From Mizuhopecten yessoensis (taxonomy: Eukaryota), in the NCBI RefSeq assembly GCF_002113885.1, contig NW_018406858.1:561363-625362 (forward strand): 64,000 nucleotides of DNA, in the 5' to 3' direction. Position numbers and translations under genes: made by a program. How positions within the stretch are numbered: the first letter of the stretch is position 1; every line of letters begins with the position of its first letter. Below are positions 22,631 to 37,000 of this stretch, piece after piece. The notes below the pieces were generated by a model. The model did not search any database and was not told the origin of the DNA. It saw nothing but the letters and a program-made list of their open reading frames with translations.

Positions 22631-23995
22631 ATGGTCTTACGGGAACAAACCGTTGTCCAAGTAAGTTCATTGGTCAAAGACTTGGACAGGACGATGAAAA
22701 TTAACGGTGGGTTAGAGGACATCGTCCTCACCAACAATCGCCAGCATATGCGGAGGGAAAAACCCCAGCTCAACTTCGGCAACAACGATCGAGTGAAAGC
22801 GTGTATAGGAAACCATCTGTTTCATGCTGTGTTTAAGTGTCGGTTTAAGAAGGTGAAGCTGTTGTTGGACCGTGGCTTTGACGTAAACATGAGGAATAGT
22901 TACGGCTACAGCGTTCTTGTGGCAGCCCTGCACATCGACGATAACGACCAGCGAGAGAAAATGTTCCGAACGCTTATCAACCGTAACGCTGATCCCCTCC
23001 AGAAGGACCCTAAGCATGGCCGACACGTCCTGTGCTGGGCATGCCTTCTAGGTTGTGTTAATGAGGTAAAGTTCCTAATGGATATGTTCAAGGGAGACTT
23101 TGATCTTCACGAGAAGGACAAGGAAGGGATGACCGTTCTCCACCATGCCACACAGGCTGGCCAAGAGGAAGTGGTAACCATGCTTGCTTCAGAGTTCCGG
23201 CGCTTTGGTTTGACAGTGGACATTGTTGACAATCTAGGGCTGACACCTTATCTTCACGCGCGGCGGCTCGGCTACACTAACATCACGCGTATACTACAAG
23301 ACCAGGGCCGCGCATGTCCCGGACAGGGCGACATGTTTACCTTCCGGACCGGTCGGGAGTGGTCTTCCCTTGGCCGCGAGGAACGGCACGTTCAACAAGA
23401 ACAAGAACGCTTTGGGGATTACATGAAAGCAGCAATTCTTGGTCGAAGTCGAGTTATACACCGATATCAGAGTCGAGCACCTCTTATAAAGATAACACCA
23501 CCCGCTGATGGAGATGTTGTAGATAGTCGAATCAAATTTGTGGTCAAGGAGAAGACTCCTGCAGGTGGCACAAAACGCGTATCATTCGCCCCGCCCCCTG
23601 CGGAACCTCGATCGACACATCTAACTTTACCGTCGGATGTTACCCAGAGGCCTAGTTTGGCACTAACCATGATTGATATGACTCCTGGAAGTAAACAAGT
23701 TGATCATTTCAAAAGTAGTCATGCAGAAACAACAAAACCGGAAACAGATCGTTCGAACAGCCATGGAGCGACCATTTCAAATATGTTCGGAGTTTTAGCG
23801 CAACAGAACGCGTCGTCCTTTCGCCCAACGGTGGTGATTCCGACGGCGGAACCGGAAATCACACCCAGCAAACAAAAGCGGTCAACATTGGCTATACTCT
23901 TTGGTAAACAAAATAAAAAGAAGGTTAAATCACCAAGGGGATCGGAGAAAAAGAAAACCACAAAGGAAAAGAAACCAAGTAAGGGACGTAAATAG
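22631..23995 (+). CDS. Ankyrin-repeat protein, ANKRD63/ANKRD34-like, intronless ORF, 454 aa
   Basis: About 5 N-terminal ankyrin repeats (GYSVLVAA, GRHVLCWAC, GMTVLHHA, GLTPYLHA). EFRRFGLTVD resembles ANKRD63 SFRRLGLRLD. Low-complexity tail ending in a Lys-rich segment. The start could be M1 or a downstream Met. Confidence 0.85.
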   Translation: MVLREQTVVQVSSLVKDLDRTMKINGGLEDIVLTNNRQHMRREKPQLNFGNNDRVKACIGNHLFHAVFKCRFKKVKLLLDRGFDVNMRNSYGYSVLVAALHIDDNDQREKMFRTLINRNADPLQKDPKHGRHVLCWACLLGCVNEVKFLMDMFKGDFDLHEKDKEGMTVLHHATQAGQEEVVTMLASEFRRFGLTVDIVDNLGLTPYLHARRLGYTNITRILQDQGRACPGQGDMFTFRTGREWSSLGREERHVQQEQERFGDYMKAAILGRSRVIHRYQSRAPLIKITPPADGDVVDSRIKFVVKEKTPAGGTKRVSFAPPPAEPRSTHLTLPSDVTQRPSLALTMIDMTPGSKQVDHFKSSHAETTKPETDRSNSHGATISNMFGVLAQQNASSFRPTVVIPTAEPEITPSKQKRSTLAILFGKQNKKKVKSPRGSEKKKTTKEKKPSKGRK

Positions 23996-25974
23996 CGAGA
24001 ACACATAACAGGATATTGGGAAAGTTGTCTGTGTACATTCTTGTCAAACCGGGATGGGAACCTATGGTTTCAGTCACACACGTCATTGGCATTTAACGAC
24101 GACGAGGGTATATTAATGAGAACTGATAGAACGAGTCATGTGTACCTGTTTGGTGTGGTGTCGCCCATTATTAAGTCCGGGCAACGCTCCTAAACATTAT
24201 GTATGAATGTGTTTATTGCAAGTCCGCGCATGATGCTGCATGCTTTTTCGCGCCTGGAGTTGTGCACGTGACGATAGCAAGCAGTACGTGATATATGTAT
24301 AACTTATAGTCTAGTCCTCCAGATCGTGACGTGATATCAGGGAGTAGCCGAGAACACGTTATTAGTATCTATAGTAATAGATAGGTTTTTCATGTAATAT
24401 GAAGAAATAGGTTTTTATCAAATTTTATCACATTTCCTTTATGAATGTTGATATAAAGTGTTGCTAATACCTATTCTCGCGAGTTGGTTTGTTTGTACAT
24501 GTGATATATTCATTTATGTGAGTTATGTATTTTTAACATGCTAATGGAAATTAACTCACGTTTCCAACACCATGTTTTGTAGTTATGCTAAGAGTTCAAT
24601 AGGATTTAAAACAGTTTCGACCGAAACTGTAGCCTGTTTAACGGAACAAAGAGCTCGTCCTGAAAAACCAGTATCTATGCCATTATACAACACCGATTCT
24701 CCGGTTTCGAGTAAAATATCAATCGGAAAATGGGACCAAATACGTGGGCGGTTTAACACTATTATACACACTGATGATTTAAGTCACAATACATTAAAAC
24801 ATGATGTTATGTCAATACATGTTACAATATCTATACAGTCAAACGCTAAATAGGTGTAACCGTGACTTCCCATTGCTAGACATCCGCGCCTCTATCTCAA
24901 CACGACGAGAGAGTCAAAATTCAACGGAACACAAATGCCAAACCAAAACACAACACTTGAGTCAAAACCTAATACGGATTATGAGAAGTTCTTATCAATA
25001 ATCCATACTTACCAACCTGAAGAAAATGTTTAGAAAAAACCTCATACGGCAAACACCGTGACAAGGGTCAAAATGACACAATAATTATACCGATTCTAAA
25101 ACACTATTCAAGCCTTTATACCCCCACATGATATCGGAGTATAACACTTCCCAACCGCGCCGTTACAAGAACCAAAATAATACCTGGTTAATTCCCACGT
25201 TCTCTCGCCCCACACCACACCAGTGGTACACCTGATTCCCAGCAGACAGTATATTTAGTTAAAAATGTAATGACGGAGGATGGTACTCCTCCTCCATCCC
25301 CCATGTACTACACACGGTAACTGTGTACATCCGTCTCCGTTCCACTCTCAACTAGTGAGCCGGTAGCTCTTACACAAGATAGTGGCTGATCCACGTCCTA
25401 TTGACAGTACCTGACTTTCCTGCCCCCTTCCCCTTCCCCTTCCCCCCAAAGACAGCAAGGTGATACTAAACTCCACCCGAGGAAGGCGCATTAGCAGGTT
25501 GCCACTCATCCTTCATCAGAACCGTAGACTGATTATTTCGCCCCCCCCCCTTAAGGACAGTGGGACGACCCCCTCCCCCTTCCCAAAGATAGTAGGTTGG
25601 CACCCCTCCCCTGCGAGTAGGTACTCCCTAAATGACAGTAGACTGATGATAGCCATCCCTCCTCGGGACGTTTGGGTGGTACAGTACCAATCACCTCGAG
25701 TTATGCTGTACCCCGTCTCCATAGACAGCAGAATGGCTCCCCGTTACCATAGACAGTAGAATGTCCTGTGTCTACTGTAACAGGTGGTACCCTATCTCCT
25801 AATTCAAAACAACAGAGTAAACCCCCTCTTTTAGCCCAGCATGTTGTTGACTAACCCTCTCCTCCCGTTTACAGCATCCATTGTGATACCCCCTCTCATT
25901 TCAGGGTGGTAAATATACATGTACCCATTCCAATGACAAAAGGATACACATCCTCCCATACGTCAGCAGCAGGA

Positions 25975-26946
25975 AGGTGATACTCCCTCCCGGGTACAGT
26001 AGGGTGATACCCTCCTTCCCACGACAACAGGTTGTTACCCTCGTGTAGTCCGACTCCTTCCCGGGTACAGTAGGGCGATACCCTCTTTCCCACGACAACA
26101 GGGTGTTACCCACGTGTAGTCCGACTCCTTCCCGGGCACAGTAGGGAGATACCCACGACAACATGGTGTTACCCACGTGTAGTCCGACTCCTTCCCGGGC
26201 ACAGTAGGGTGATACCCTCCTTCCCACGACAACATGGTGTTACCCATGTGTAGGCCGACTCCTTCCCGGGTATAGTAGGGTGATACCCTCTTTCCCTAGA
26301 CAACAGGGTGTTCCCCACGTGTAGTCCGACTCCTTCCCGGGTACAGTAGGGTGATACCCACGACAACATGGTGTTACCCACGTGTAGTCCGACTCCTTCC
26401 CGGGTATAGTAGGGTGATACCCTCCTTCCCACGACAACATGGTGTTACCCATGTGTAGGCCGACTCCTTCCCGGGTATAGTAGGGTGATCCCCGTTTCCC
26501 TAGACAACAGGGTGTTACCCACGTGTAGTCCGACTCCTTCCCGGGTACAGTAGGGTGATACCCTCCTTCCCACGACAACATGGTGTTACCCTCGTGTAGT
26601 CCGACTCCTTCCCGGGTACAGTAGGGTGATACCCTCTTTCCCTAGACAACAGGGTGTTACCCACGTGCAGTCCGACTCCTTCCCGGGTACAGTAGGGTGA
26701 TACCGTCTTTCCCTAGACAACAGGGTGTTACCACGTGTAGTCCGACTCCTTCCCGGGTACAGTAGGGTGATACTCTCTTTCCCTAGACAACAGGGTGTTA
26801 CCCACGTGTTGTCCGACTCCTTCCCGGGTACAGTAGGGTGATACCCACGACAACAGGGTGTTACCCTCGTGTAGTCCGACTCCTTCCCGGGTACAATAGG
26901 GTGATACCCTCTTTCCCACGACAACAGGATGTTGCCCTCGTGTAGT
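25975..26946. repeat. GC-rich minisatellite with 71-bp and 63-bp unit variants, ~14 copies
   Basis: Unit CGTGTAGTCCGACTCCTTCCCGGGTACAGTAGGGTGATACCC[TCTTTCCC]ACGACAACAGGGTGTTACCCA. Confidence 0.93.
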
Positions 26947-27877
26947 CTGTATTGACCGTCACCTGGTATCTTTTAGTGTGTTTACTGAGCGATACATATA
27001 CCCTTTAAATGGTGATATTTCCCATACACTCTATAGAAATTAAGAGGTTGACATCCACTACACAGCCTTTAAATTAGTAACACCTTATGTCAACGACTTT
27101 CTTTTTACAACGCGCCATCTTCTAGTTTATGTGGAAGGAAATTCAAACAAATCTATTTGTTGAAGAATTTGTGGAAATGTGTATTCAATATTGTGAAGGC
27201 GGATGCAGGTTCGTAACACAAGTTTATTGTTATGAATAGACTGTGTTTACCTTGTGTCCTGGCCGGTCGATAGGATTTAAGCTTATATTAAACACAAACA
27301 AGGACTTAATCAGTCAAAGGAATTAAGCTGATGGCTCTTGTAACGCTGACCTGTCTTGGGACCCTGGCTCTACTTGGAACGGGGACCTACATATTGTATA
27401 TAGAATTGGAACTCATTCCAAACAATACCTGTAGCTTTAAATTATGCCGGTCAAGTACCCAACATAAAACAGCACATATTTCATTCTGGAGTATTTCCAT
27501 TATTTTAATTACATTTTTAATTCTCGACACCTGATACGGATGAAAGAGCAAAGGTTATTAGCTACTATATACGTCATACCTGTACTTTAGGTTACAGGTA
27601 TATGCTACCTTACACATTTTTTACCTGTACTTTGGGTTTGGGTCAAATTATATGGATATATCTTATATAAACTTAGGAAATAATAATTGAAACATAAAAC
27701 CCCCATTATATGCTACCTTTCACATCATACTCAAAATCGTAGTTTACTCCCATAAATTAACCACCCCAACTTCGGAACACTATAAAATATTTAAACAAAA
27801 TATTTTTGGGCCAGCCGACTGTCCTACACTGTTAAGTATTATGATGTCATTGCTAGGTTTGTTAGCTTGTTCAAGTA

Positions 27878-28620
27878 TGGTCGATTGTTGAGTAAATGTT
27901 ATACAGTAATTACTAGATTTGGTCGATTGTTAAGTAAATGTTATAAAGTAATTACTAGATTTGTTAAGTAAATGTTATACAGTAATTACTAGATTTGGTC
28001 GATTGTTAAGTAAGTGTTATAAAGTAATTACTAGATTTGGTCGATTGTAAAGTAAGTGTTATAAAGTAATTACTAGATTTGGTCGATTGTTAAGTAAGTG
28101 TTATAAAGTAATTACTAGATTTGGTAGATTGTTAAGTAAGGGTTATAAAGTAATTGCTAGATTTGGTCGATTGTTAAGTAAGTGTTATAAAGCAATTACT
28201 AGATTTGGTAGATTGTTAAGTAAGTGTTTTATGGTAATTCCTAGATTTGGTCGATTGTTAAGTAAGTGTTATAAAGTAATTACTAGATTTGGTCGATTGT
28301 TAAATAAGTGTTATAAAGTAATTACAAGTTTAGTAGATTGTTTGGTAAGTGTTATAAAGTAATTATCAGATTTGGTCGATTGTTAAGTAAGTGTTATAAA
28401 GTAATTACTAGATTTGGTAGATTGTTCAGTTAGTGTTATGAAGTCATTACAAGTTTAATAAGTGTTTTAAAGTAATTAATAGATTTGGTAGATTGTTCGG
28501 TAAGTGTTATAAAGTAATTACATGTACAAGATTTGGTCGATTGTTAAATAAGTGTTATAAAGTAATTACAAGATTTGGTCGATTGTTCAGTAAGTGTTAT
28601 TAAGTAATTGCAAGATTTCT
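27878..28620. repeat. 42-bp AT-rich minisatellite, ~17 copies
   Basis: Unit AGATTTGGTCGATTGTTAAGTAAGTGTTATAAAGTAATTACT; decays rightwards. Confidence 0.93.
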
Positions 28621-29664
28621 TAAATTGTTCAGCAGGCGTTTTAAGTACAATGTTACCGCTTGATTTGGTATATGTTTTAGTTTAGCGTTGTAAGGTAAAT
28701 TCAAGATTTGGTAGAATATTCATTTTTGTGGAATGAAGTGATTGCTAGATTTTGTGGACTGTTCAATAAGCAACTGATGATTTCCAAAGTAAAAGAAGAT
28801 AAAAACAAATATTGAAAAAGTATCACTAAGTGTTTTTGGGAAAATGGAATTTTTTAATTAGTTCAATAAGTGTTATGAGGAATTTGACAGATTTCGTAGA
28901 TTGCTCAGTAAAAATCTTGAGCAGGTAACTAGACTTTGTACAATGTATGTTATACATGTAAGTTGTCCAGTAGCGACATGACCTGATCGAGTGTATGCAT
29001 TTGCCAAAAAATACCAGATGCACTTAAAAGAAAATGCCAACTAATAACTTTTGTTAATTTAGTAGATCAGGTTATAAATACCTCGGACAATTAGTTGACC
29101 GCAGGTCAGCCTGGTGAGATATATCCGTATAATAAACTTTACTGAAAGAATTTATGAACATTTAAGTTAAGAGGATTGTGGATCATGTATATTGTATTGT
29201 TATAGAATTAGAGACTTGTGTGAGTATAAGCTAGAGTAATCGGGACTTAACAGGTAGACTGGTACCAAAGTCGTCATCCTCCATACATCACGGGTTACAC
29301 TCACTTACGTGATGAGAACGTAACTGAGCCTAGAATTTCGGGGACGCAAACTCGGACATAGAACATCTTTATGTAGTCGTACATTACATTTTTACACACA
29401 AACAGAAAAAAATCTGCCTCGTTTTCTTGATTTCATTGAATTGAAATAACCAGCAGCATATTTCAATAATTACACTCGTGTTGGCGTGAAATATGTACCT
29501 GTATTGTGCCAAACACGTGAGATGTAATTGAATGGTATTAAGTGGGTAATCATTAGATGTCATATGAAATTACCACATTAATGATAGTTTATTAGTATGT
29601 TTTTTAACTTAAAACTGGTTGATCTCATATATAGAGTCTAATATATTCTGGCGTGATTATTGGA

Positions 29665-30054
29665 GGCACATGCCATATCTGCCCGGAGCGCGCCATATCC
29701 GTGTTATTTCCGGTTCAGCAAATTTAAAAATCACGCCTCAATGCTACTCTGTTTGGCTAATTTTGAAGTATATGTACGTTGTTATATGACCTGCCAAGTC
29801 TATCCCTCCTAAGATAAAATACATGTACATCGTATATATCCTCCATGGTCACTAGAGGTTATCATGTGACCATTTCTATATCCTGCTCCGTATCAGCTCG
29901 TATGATCTCATTTAAAATTAAATAAAACACGATCAAAAAATTGGCAAATATCAGTTTGAGGTGGGTTTTTTCTTAAAGGTTTTGAACCGGAAGTTAATAT
30001 GATACGGGCGTGCCGGGCAGATACGGCGTGTGCTTGGCAGATATGCCATGTGCC
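29665..30054. mobile_element. Non-autonomous DNA transposon remnant (~390 bp) with terminal inverted repeats
   Basis: GGCACATGCCATATCTGCC at 29665 versus GGCAGATATGCCATGTGCC ending at 30054 (18/19 inverted match). Inner TTCCGGTTCA/TGAACCGGAA inverted pair. Confidence 0.55.
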
Positions 30055-30164
30055 GGTCGAATATGGTTTGGTTCGGGATATCGCCTACGAAAAGGATGAA
30101 ATGCATTGTAAATATATCCTCCATATTGTAAAATATATACTTCGGGAATTAAAAGCAGATGTTA

Positions 30165-33100
30165 AAGTTACCGTCAGAACAAGGAGTGGCTGTAATTGTT
30201 ACTGTCAGAGTCAGAACCAAGAGTGGCTGTTATAGGTACCGTCAGAATCTAGAGTGGCTGTTATAGGGACCGTCAGAATCTAGAATGGCTGTTATAGGTA
30301 CCGTCAGAACCAAGAGAGTGTGTTATAGGTACCGTCAGAACCAACACTGGCTGTTATAGGTACCGTCAAATCCAAGAGTGTGTGTTATAGGTACCGTCAG
30401 AACCAACACTGGCTGTTATAGGTCCCGTCAGAACCAACACTGGCTGTTATAGGTAGCGTCATATCCAACACTGGCTGTTATAGGTACCGTCAGAATCTAG
30501 AGTGTCTGTTATAAGTACCGTCAGAATCTAGAGTGGCTGTTATAGGTACCTTCAGAATCTAGAATGGCTGTTATAGGTACCGTCAGAACCAAGAGAGTGT
30601 GTTATAGGTACCGTCAGAACCAACACTGGCTGTTATAGGTACCGTCAAAACCAAGAGTGGCTGTTATAGGTACCGTCAGAATCTAGAATGGCTGTTATAG
30701 GTACCGTCAGAACCAAGAGTGGGTGTTATAGGTACCGTCAGAACCTAGAGTGGGTGTTATAGGTACCGTCAGAACCAACACTGGCTGTTATAGGTACCGT
30801 CAGAATCTAGAGTGGCTGTTATAGGTACCGTCAGAATCTAGAATGGCTGTTATAGGTACCGTCAGAACCAAGAGTGTGTGTTATAGGTACCGTCAGAACC
30901 AACACTGGCTGTTATAGGTACCGTCAGAACAAAGAGTGGGTGGTATACGTACCGTCAGGACCAAGAGTGGCTGTTATAGGTACCGTCAGAACCAACACTG
31001 GCTGTTATAAGTACCGTCAGAATCTAGAGGGGCTGTTATAGGGACCGGCAGAACCAAGAGTGTGTGTTATAGGTACCGTCAGAATCTAGAGTGGCTGTTA
31101 TAGGTACCGTCAGAATCTAGAGTGGCCGTTATAGGTACCGTCAGAACCAAGAGTGTGTGTTAAAGGTACCGTCAGAACCAACACTGGCTGTTATAGGTAC
31201 CGTCAGAACCAAGAGTGGCAGTTATAGGTACCGTCAGAACCAAGAGTGGCTATCATAGGTACAGTCAGAACCAAGAGTGGCTATAATAGGTACCGTCAGA
31301 ACCAAGAGTGGCTATTATAGGTACCGTCAAAATCTAGAGTGGCTATTATAGGTACCGTCAGAACCAACACTGGCTGTTATAGGTACCGTCAAAATCTAGA
31401 GTGGCTATTATAGGTACCGTCAGAACCAAGAGTGGCAGGTATAGGTAACGTCAGAACCAAGAGTGGCAGGTATAGGTAACGTCAGAACCAAGAGTGGCAG
31501 TTATAGTTACCGTCAGCACCAAGAGGGGCTGTTTTAGGTACCGTCAGAACCAAAAGAGGGTGTTATAAGTACCATCAGAACCAAGAGTGGGGGTTATAGG
31601 TACCGTCAGAACCGAGAGTGGGTGTTTTATGTACCGTGCGAAACTAGAGTGGGTGTTATAGTTACCGTCAGAACCAAGAGTGGGTGTTATAGGTACCGTC
31701 AGAACCAAGAGTTCGTGTTAAAGGTACCGTCAAAATCAAGAGTTCGTGTTAAAGGAACCGTCAGAACCAAGAGTTCGTGTTATAGGTACCGTCAGAATCA
31801 AGAGTTCGTGTTATAGGTACCGTCAGAACCAAGAGTGGCTATAATAGGTACCGTCAGAACCAAGAGTGGCTATTATAGGGACCGGCAGAATCTAGAGTGG
31901 CTATTATAGGTACCGTCAGAACCAAGAGTGGCAGTTATAGGGAACGTCAGAACCAAGAGTGGCAGTTATAGGTACCGTCAGAACCAAGAGTGGCAGTTAT
32001 AGGTACCGTCAGAACCAAGAGTGGCTGTTATAGGTACCGTCAGAACCAAGAGTGGCAGTTATAGGTAACGTCAGAACCAAGAGTGGCAGTTATAGTTACC
32101 GTCAGCACCAAGAGTGGCTGTTTTAGGTACCGTCAGAACCAAAAGTGGGTGTTATAAGTACCGTCAGAACCAAGAGTGGGTGTTATAGGTACCGTCAGAA
32201 CCAAGAGTGGGTGTAATAGGTACCGTCAGGACCAAGAGTGGCAGTTATACGTACCGTCAGAAACAAGAGTTGCAGTAATACGTACCGTCAGAACCTAGAG
32301 TGGCAGTTATACGTACCGTCAGAACCAAGAGTGGCAATTATACGCACCATCAGAACCAAGAGTGTGAGTTAAAAGTACCGTCAGAACCATGAGTGGGTGT
32401 TATAGGTACCGTCAGAACCAAGAGTGGGTGTTATTCGTACCGTCAGGACCAAGAGTGGCTGTTTTAGGTACCGTCAGGACCAAGAGTGGCAGTTATACGT
32501 ACCGTCAAAACCAAGTGTGGCAGTTATAGGTACCGTCAGAACCAAGAGTGGCAGTTATACGTACCGTCAGAACCAAGAGTGGCTGTTTTAGGTACCGTCA
32601 GGACCAAGAGTGGGTGTTATAGGTACTGTAAGAACTTAAAGTGGGTGTTATAGGTACCGTCAGAACCAAGAGTGGGTGTTATAGGTACCGTTAGAACCAA
32701 GAGTGGGTGTTATGGGTAGTATCAGGACCAAGAGTCGGTGTTATAGGTACCGTCAGTACCAAGAGTGGCAGTTATTCGTACCGTCAGAACCAAGAGGGGG
32801 TGTTATATGTACCGTCAGAACCAAGAGTGGGTGTTATAGGTACCGTCAGAACCAAGAGTGGCAGTGATACGTACCGTCAGAACCAAGAGTGGGTGTTATA
32901 TGTACCGTCAGAACCAAGAGTGGGTGTTATAGGTACCGTCAGGACCAAGAGTGGCAGTTATACGTACCGTCAGGACCAGGAGTGGCAGTTATATGTACCT
33001 TCATAACCAAGAGTGGGTGGTATACGTACCGTCAGAACCAAGAGTGGCAGTTATAGGTACATGTACCGTCAGAACCAAGAGTGGGTGTTATAGGTACCGT

Positions 33101-33270
33101 CAGAACCAAGAGTGGGTGTTATAGGTACCGGCAGAACCAAGAGTGGCAGTTATAGTTACCGTCAGAACCAAGAGTTGGTGTTATAGTTACCGTCAGAACC
33201 AAGAGTTGGTGTTATAGTTACCGTCAGAACCAAGAGTTGGGGTTATAGTTACTATCAGAATTAAGTGTGT
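30165..33270. repeat. 31-bp satellite, ~100 copies
   Basis: Unit GGTACCGTCAGAACCAAGAGTGGCTGTTATA with regionally clustered variants. Confidence 0.97.
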
Positions 33271-34094
33271 ATGTTATATATATACTCGTAACCAAGGTTT
33301 GATGTCCGATACTTGCTGATCTAGGATTGTGAAGCACTTCCTACATGTACATGTACATCCACGTGCTATTATATAAATGGACCTGGACATATTTTCCTTT
33401 TGTTCTTTCGATCATAACCCCTTGATATGGTCGATCGTTAAATTTCGATGGATAAGGGTTTAAGAATTGTTGTTTTCTACCGTTTTAATGATTACAAACT
33501 GTCCCACACAGGAATATGAACCTGATGTATTGAGTAGCGCCACAGGATCCCGACACACTAAGTGAATATCCATGTAGGACGCTGACTTCTGATTGACTAT
33601 AGTTTACGGCTGACTGATTACAAGTCAGGAGACAGTTAATGTCGCGTGCAGAGGCTACTAAGAAAGGATAGCGATTAATAATTTAATTCAATTTCTTCTA
33701 TCGATAAAAAATATATAATATTGTGTGCAGTCATCCGTTATGAATCAAGTCAAAACATATGTACACACCTCTGTTGGCCTTGTGACTTTATAGCACAGCT
33801 TTTCTGCTTTAATTACATACATACATACAAACATGGCGTGGAGGAAGTCAATAGCGCCGATGTTGACGTTCCTATTTTGTTGTGAGTCATGCGTTGAGTC
33901 ATTTTTATCTTTTATTTTGAAAATGGAAATCAATAAAAATACTTTTAAATTCGATTATCTATTAATTAATATTAAACTATCAGGGAAACACGCCGCTAAA
34001 GTTAATTTATGACTCGGATAAGGTACATGTATATTTATCTGCGATCTCATGTCTTCTACACTAAGTGTATATAGTAACCAGTGTACTCATGGTT

Positions 34095-37000
34095 TAGGTA
34101 CTGCATAGTTACTGATGACCTCGTGTCTTAGGTACTGCATAGTTACTGATGACCTCGTGTCTTAGGTACTGCATAGTTACTGATGACCTTTTATCTTAGG
34201 AACTGTATAGTTTCTGATGAACTCGTGTCTTAGGAACTGCATATTTACTGATGACCTCTTGTCTGATGTACTTCATAGTTACTGATGACCTCTTGTCTTA
34301 GGTACTACATAGTTACTGATGACCTCTTGTCTGATGTACTACATAGTTACTGATGACCCCTTGTCTAATGTACTGCATAGTTACTTATGACCTCTTGTCA
34401 GATGTACTGCATAGTTACTGATGACCCCTTGTCTAATGTACTGCATAGTTACTTATGACCTCTTGTCAGATGTACTGCATAGTTACTGATGACCTCTTGT
34501 CTAATGTACTACATAGTTACTGATGACCTCGTGTCTTAGGTACTACATAGTTACTGATGACCTCTTGTCTAATGGACTTCATAGTTACTGATGACCCCTT
34601 GTCTAATGTACTTCATAGTTACTGATGACCCCTTGTCTAATGTACTGCATAGTTACTGATGACCTCTTGTCTGATGTACTACATATTTACGGATGACCGC
34701 TTGTCTGATGTACTACATAGTTACTGATGACCTCTTGTCTAATGTACTACATAGTTACTGATGACCCCTTGTCTAATGTACTTCTTAGTTACTGATGACC
34801 TCGTGTCTAATGTACTTCATAGTTACTGATGACCTCTTGTCTGATGTACTACATATTTACTGATGACCGCTTGTCTGATGTACTACATAGTTACTGATGA
34901 CCTCTTGTCTAATGTACTACATAGTTACTGATGACCCCTTGTCTAATGTACTGCATAGTTACTGATGACCTCTTGTCTAATGTACTACATAGTTACTGAT
35001 GACCTCGTGTCTTAGGTACTGCATAGTTACTGATGACCTTGTGTCTTAGGTACTGAATAGTTACTGATGACATCGTGTCTTAGGTATTGCATAGTTATTG
35101 ATGACATCGTGTCTTAGGTATTGCATAGTTACTGATAACCTCGTGTCTTAGGTACTGTATAGTTACTGATGACCTTTTATCTTAGGTACTGTATATTTAC
35201 TGATGACCTCTTGTATAATGTACTTCATAGTTACTAATGACCGCTTGTCTGATGTACTGCATAGTTACTGATGATCTCATGTCTGATGTACTGCATAGTT
35301 ACTGATGACTTCGTGTCTTAGGTACTGCATATTTACTGATGACCTCTTGTCTAATGAACTTCATAGTTACTAATGACCGCTTGTCTGATTTACTGCATAG
35401 TTACTGATGATCTCTTGTCTGATGTACTGCATAGTTACTGATGACCTCTTGTCTAATGTACTGCAGAGTTACTGATGACCTCGTGTCTAATGTACTGCAT
35501 AGTTACTGATGACCTCTTGTCTAATGTACTTCATAGTTACTAATGACCTCTTGTCTGATGTACTGCATAGTTACTGATGACCTCTTGTCTAATGTACTTC
35601 ATAGTTACTAATGACCGCTTGTCTGATGTACTGCATAGTTTCTGATGACCCCTTGTCTAATGTACTTCATAGTTAACGATGACCTCTTGTCTAATGTACT
35701 TCATAGTTACTAATGACCTCGTGTCTAAGGTACTGCATAGTTACTAATGACCGCTTTTCTGATGTACTGCATAGTTCCTGATGACCCCTTGTCTGATGTA
35801 CTTCATAGTTACTAATGACCTCGTGTCTAAGGTACTGTATAGTTACTGATGACCTCTTTTCTAATGTACTTCATAGTTAATGATGACCTCTTGTCTAATA
35901 TACTGAATAGTTACTGATGTCTCCTTGTCTAATGTACTGCATAGTTACTGATGACATCTTGTCTAATGTACTACACAATTACTGATGACCTCGTGTCCTA
36001 GGTACTGCATAGTTACTGATGACTTCTTGTCTAATGTACTTCATAGTTACTGATGACCTCTTGTCTAATGTACTTCATAGTTACTTATGACCGCCTGTCT
36101 AATGTACTTCATAGTTACTGATGACCTCTTGTTTTATGTACTACACAATTACTGATGACCTCATGTCTTAGGTACTGCATAGTTACTGATGACCTCGTGT
36201 CTAAGGTACTGCATAGTTACTGATGACCTCGTGTCTTAGGTACTGCATAGTTACTGATGACCTCGTGTCTTAGGTACTGCATAGTTACTGATGACCTCGT
36301 GTCTGATGTACTACATAGTTACTGATGACCCCTTGTCTAATGTACTTCATAGTTACTTATGACCTCTTGTCTAATGTACTTCATAGTTACTAATGACCTC
36401 TTGTCTGATGTACTGCATAGTTACTGATGTCCCCTTGTCTGATGTACTGCATAGTTACTGATGACCCCTTGTCTAATGTACTGCATAGTTACTTATGACC
36501 TCTTGTCAGATGTACTGCATAGTTACTGATGACCTCTTGTCTGATGTACTGCATAGTTACTGATGACCCCTTGTCTAATGTACTGCATAGGTACTGATGA
36601 CCTCTTGTCAGATGTACTGCATAGTTACCGATGACCTCTTGTCTAATGTACTTCATAGTTACTAATGACCTCTACTTCATAGTTACTAATGACCGCTTGT
36701 CTAATGTACTTCAAAGTTACTGATGACCCCTTGTCTAATGTACTACACAATTACTGATGACCTCGTGTCTTAGGTACTGCATAGTTACTGATGACCTCGT
36801 GTCTGATGTACTACATAGTTACTGATGACCCCTTGTCTAATGTACTTCATAGTTACTGATGACCTCTTGTCTAAAGTACTTCATAGTTACTAATGACATC
36901 TTGTCTGATGTACTGCATAGTTACTGATGACCTCTTGTCTGATGTTCTGCATAGTTACTGACGACCTCGTGTCTTAGGAACTGCATAGGTACTGATGACC

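Noticed and set aside
25896-26924. Multiple overlapping ORFs with repeated peptides (also 52-267, 28087-28362, 31622-33006, 52274-52710, 53994-54285)
   Set aside because: Translations of tandem repeats; unit lengths are mostly not multiples of three, with no splice or domain support.
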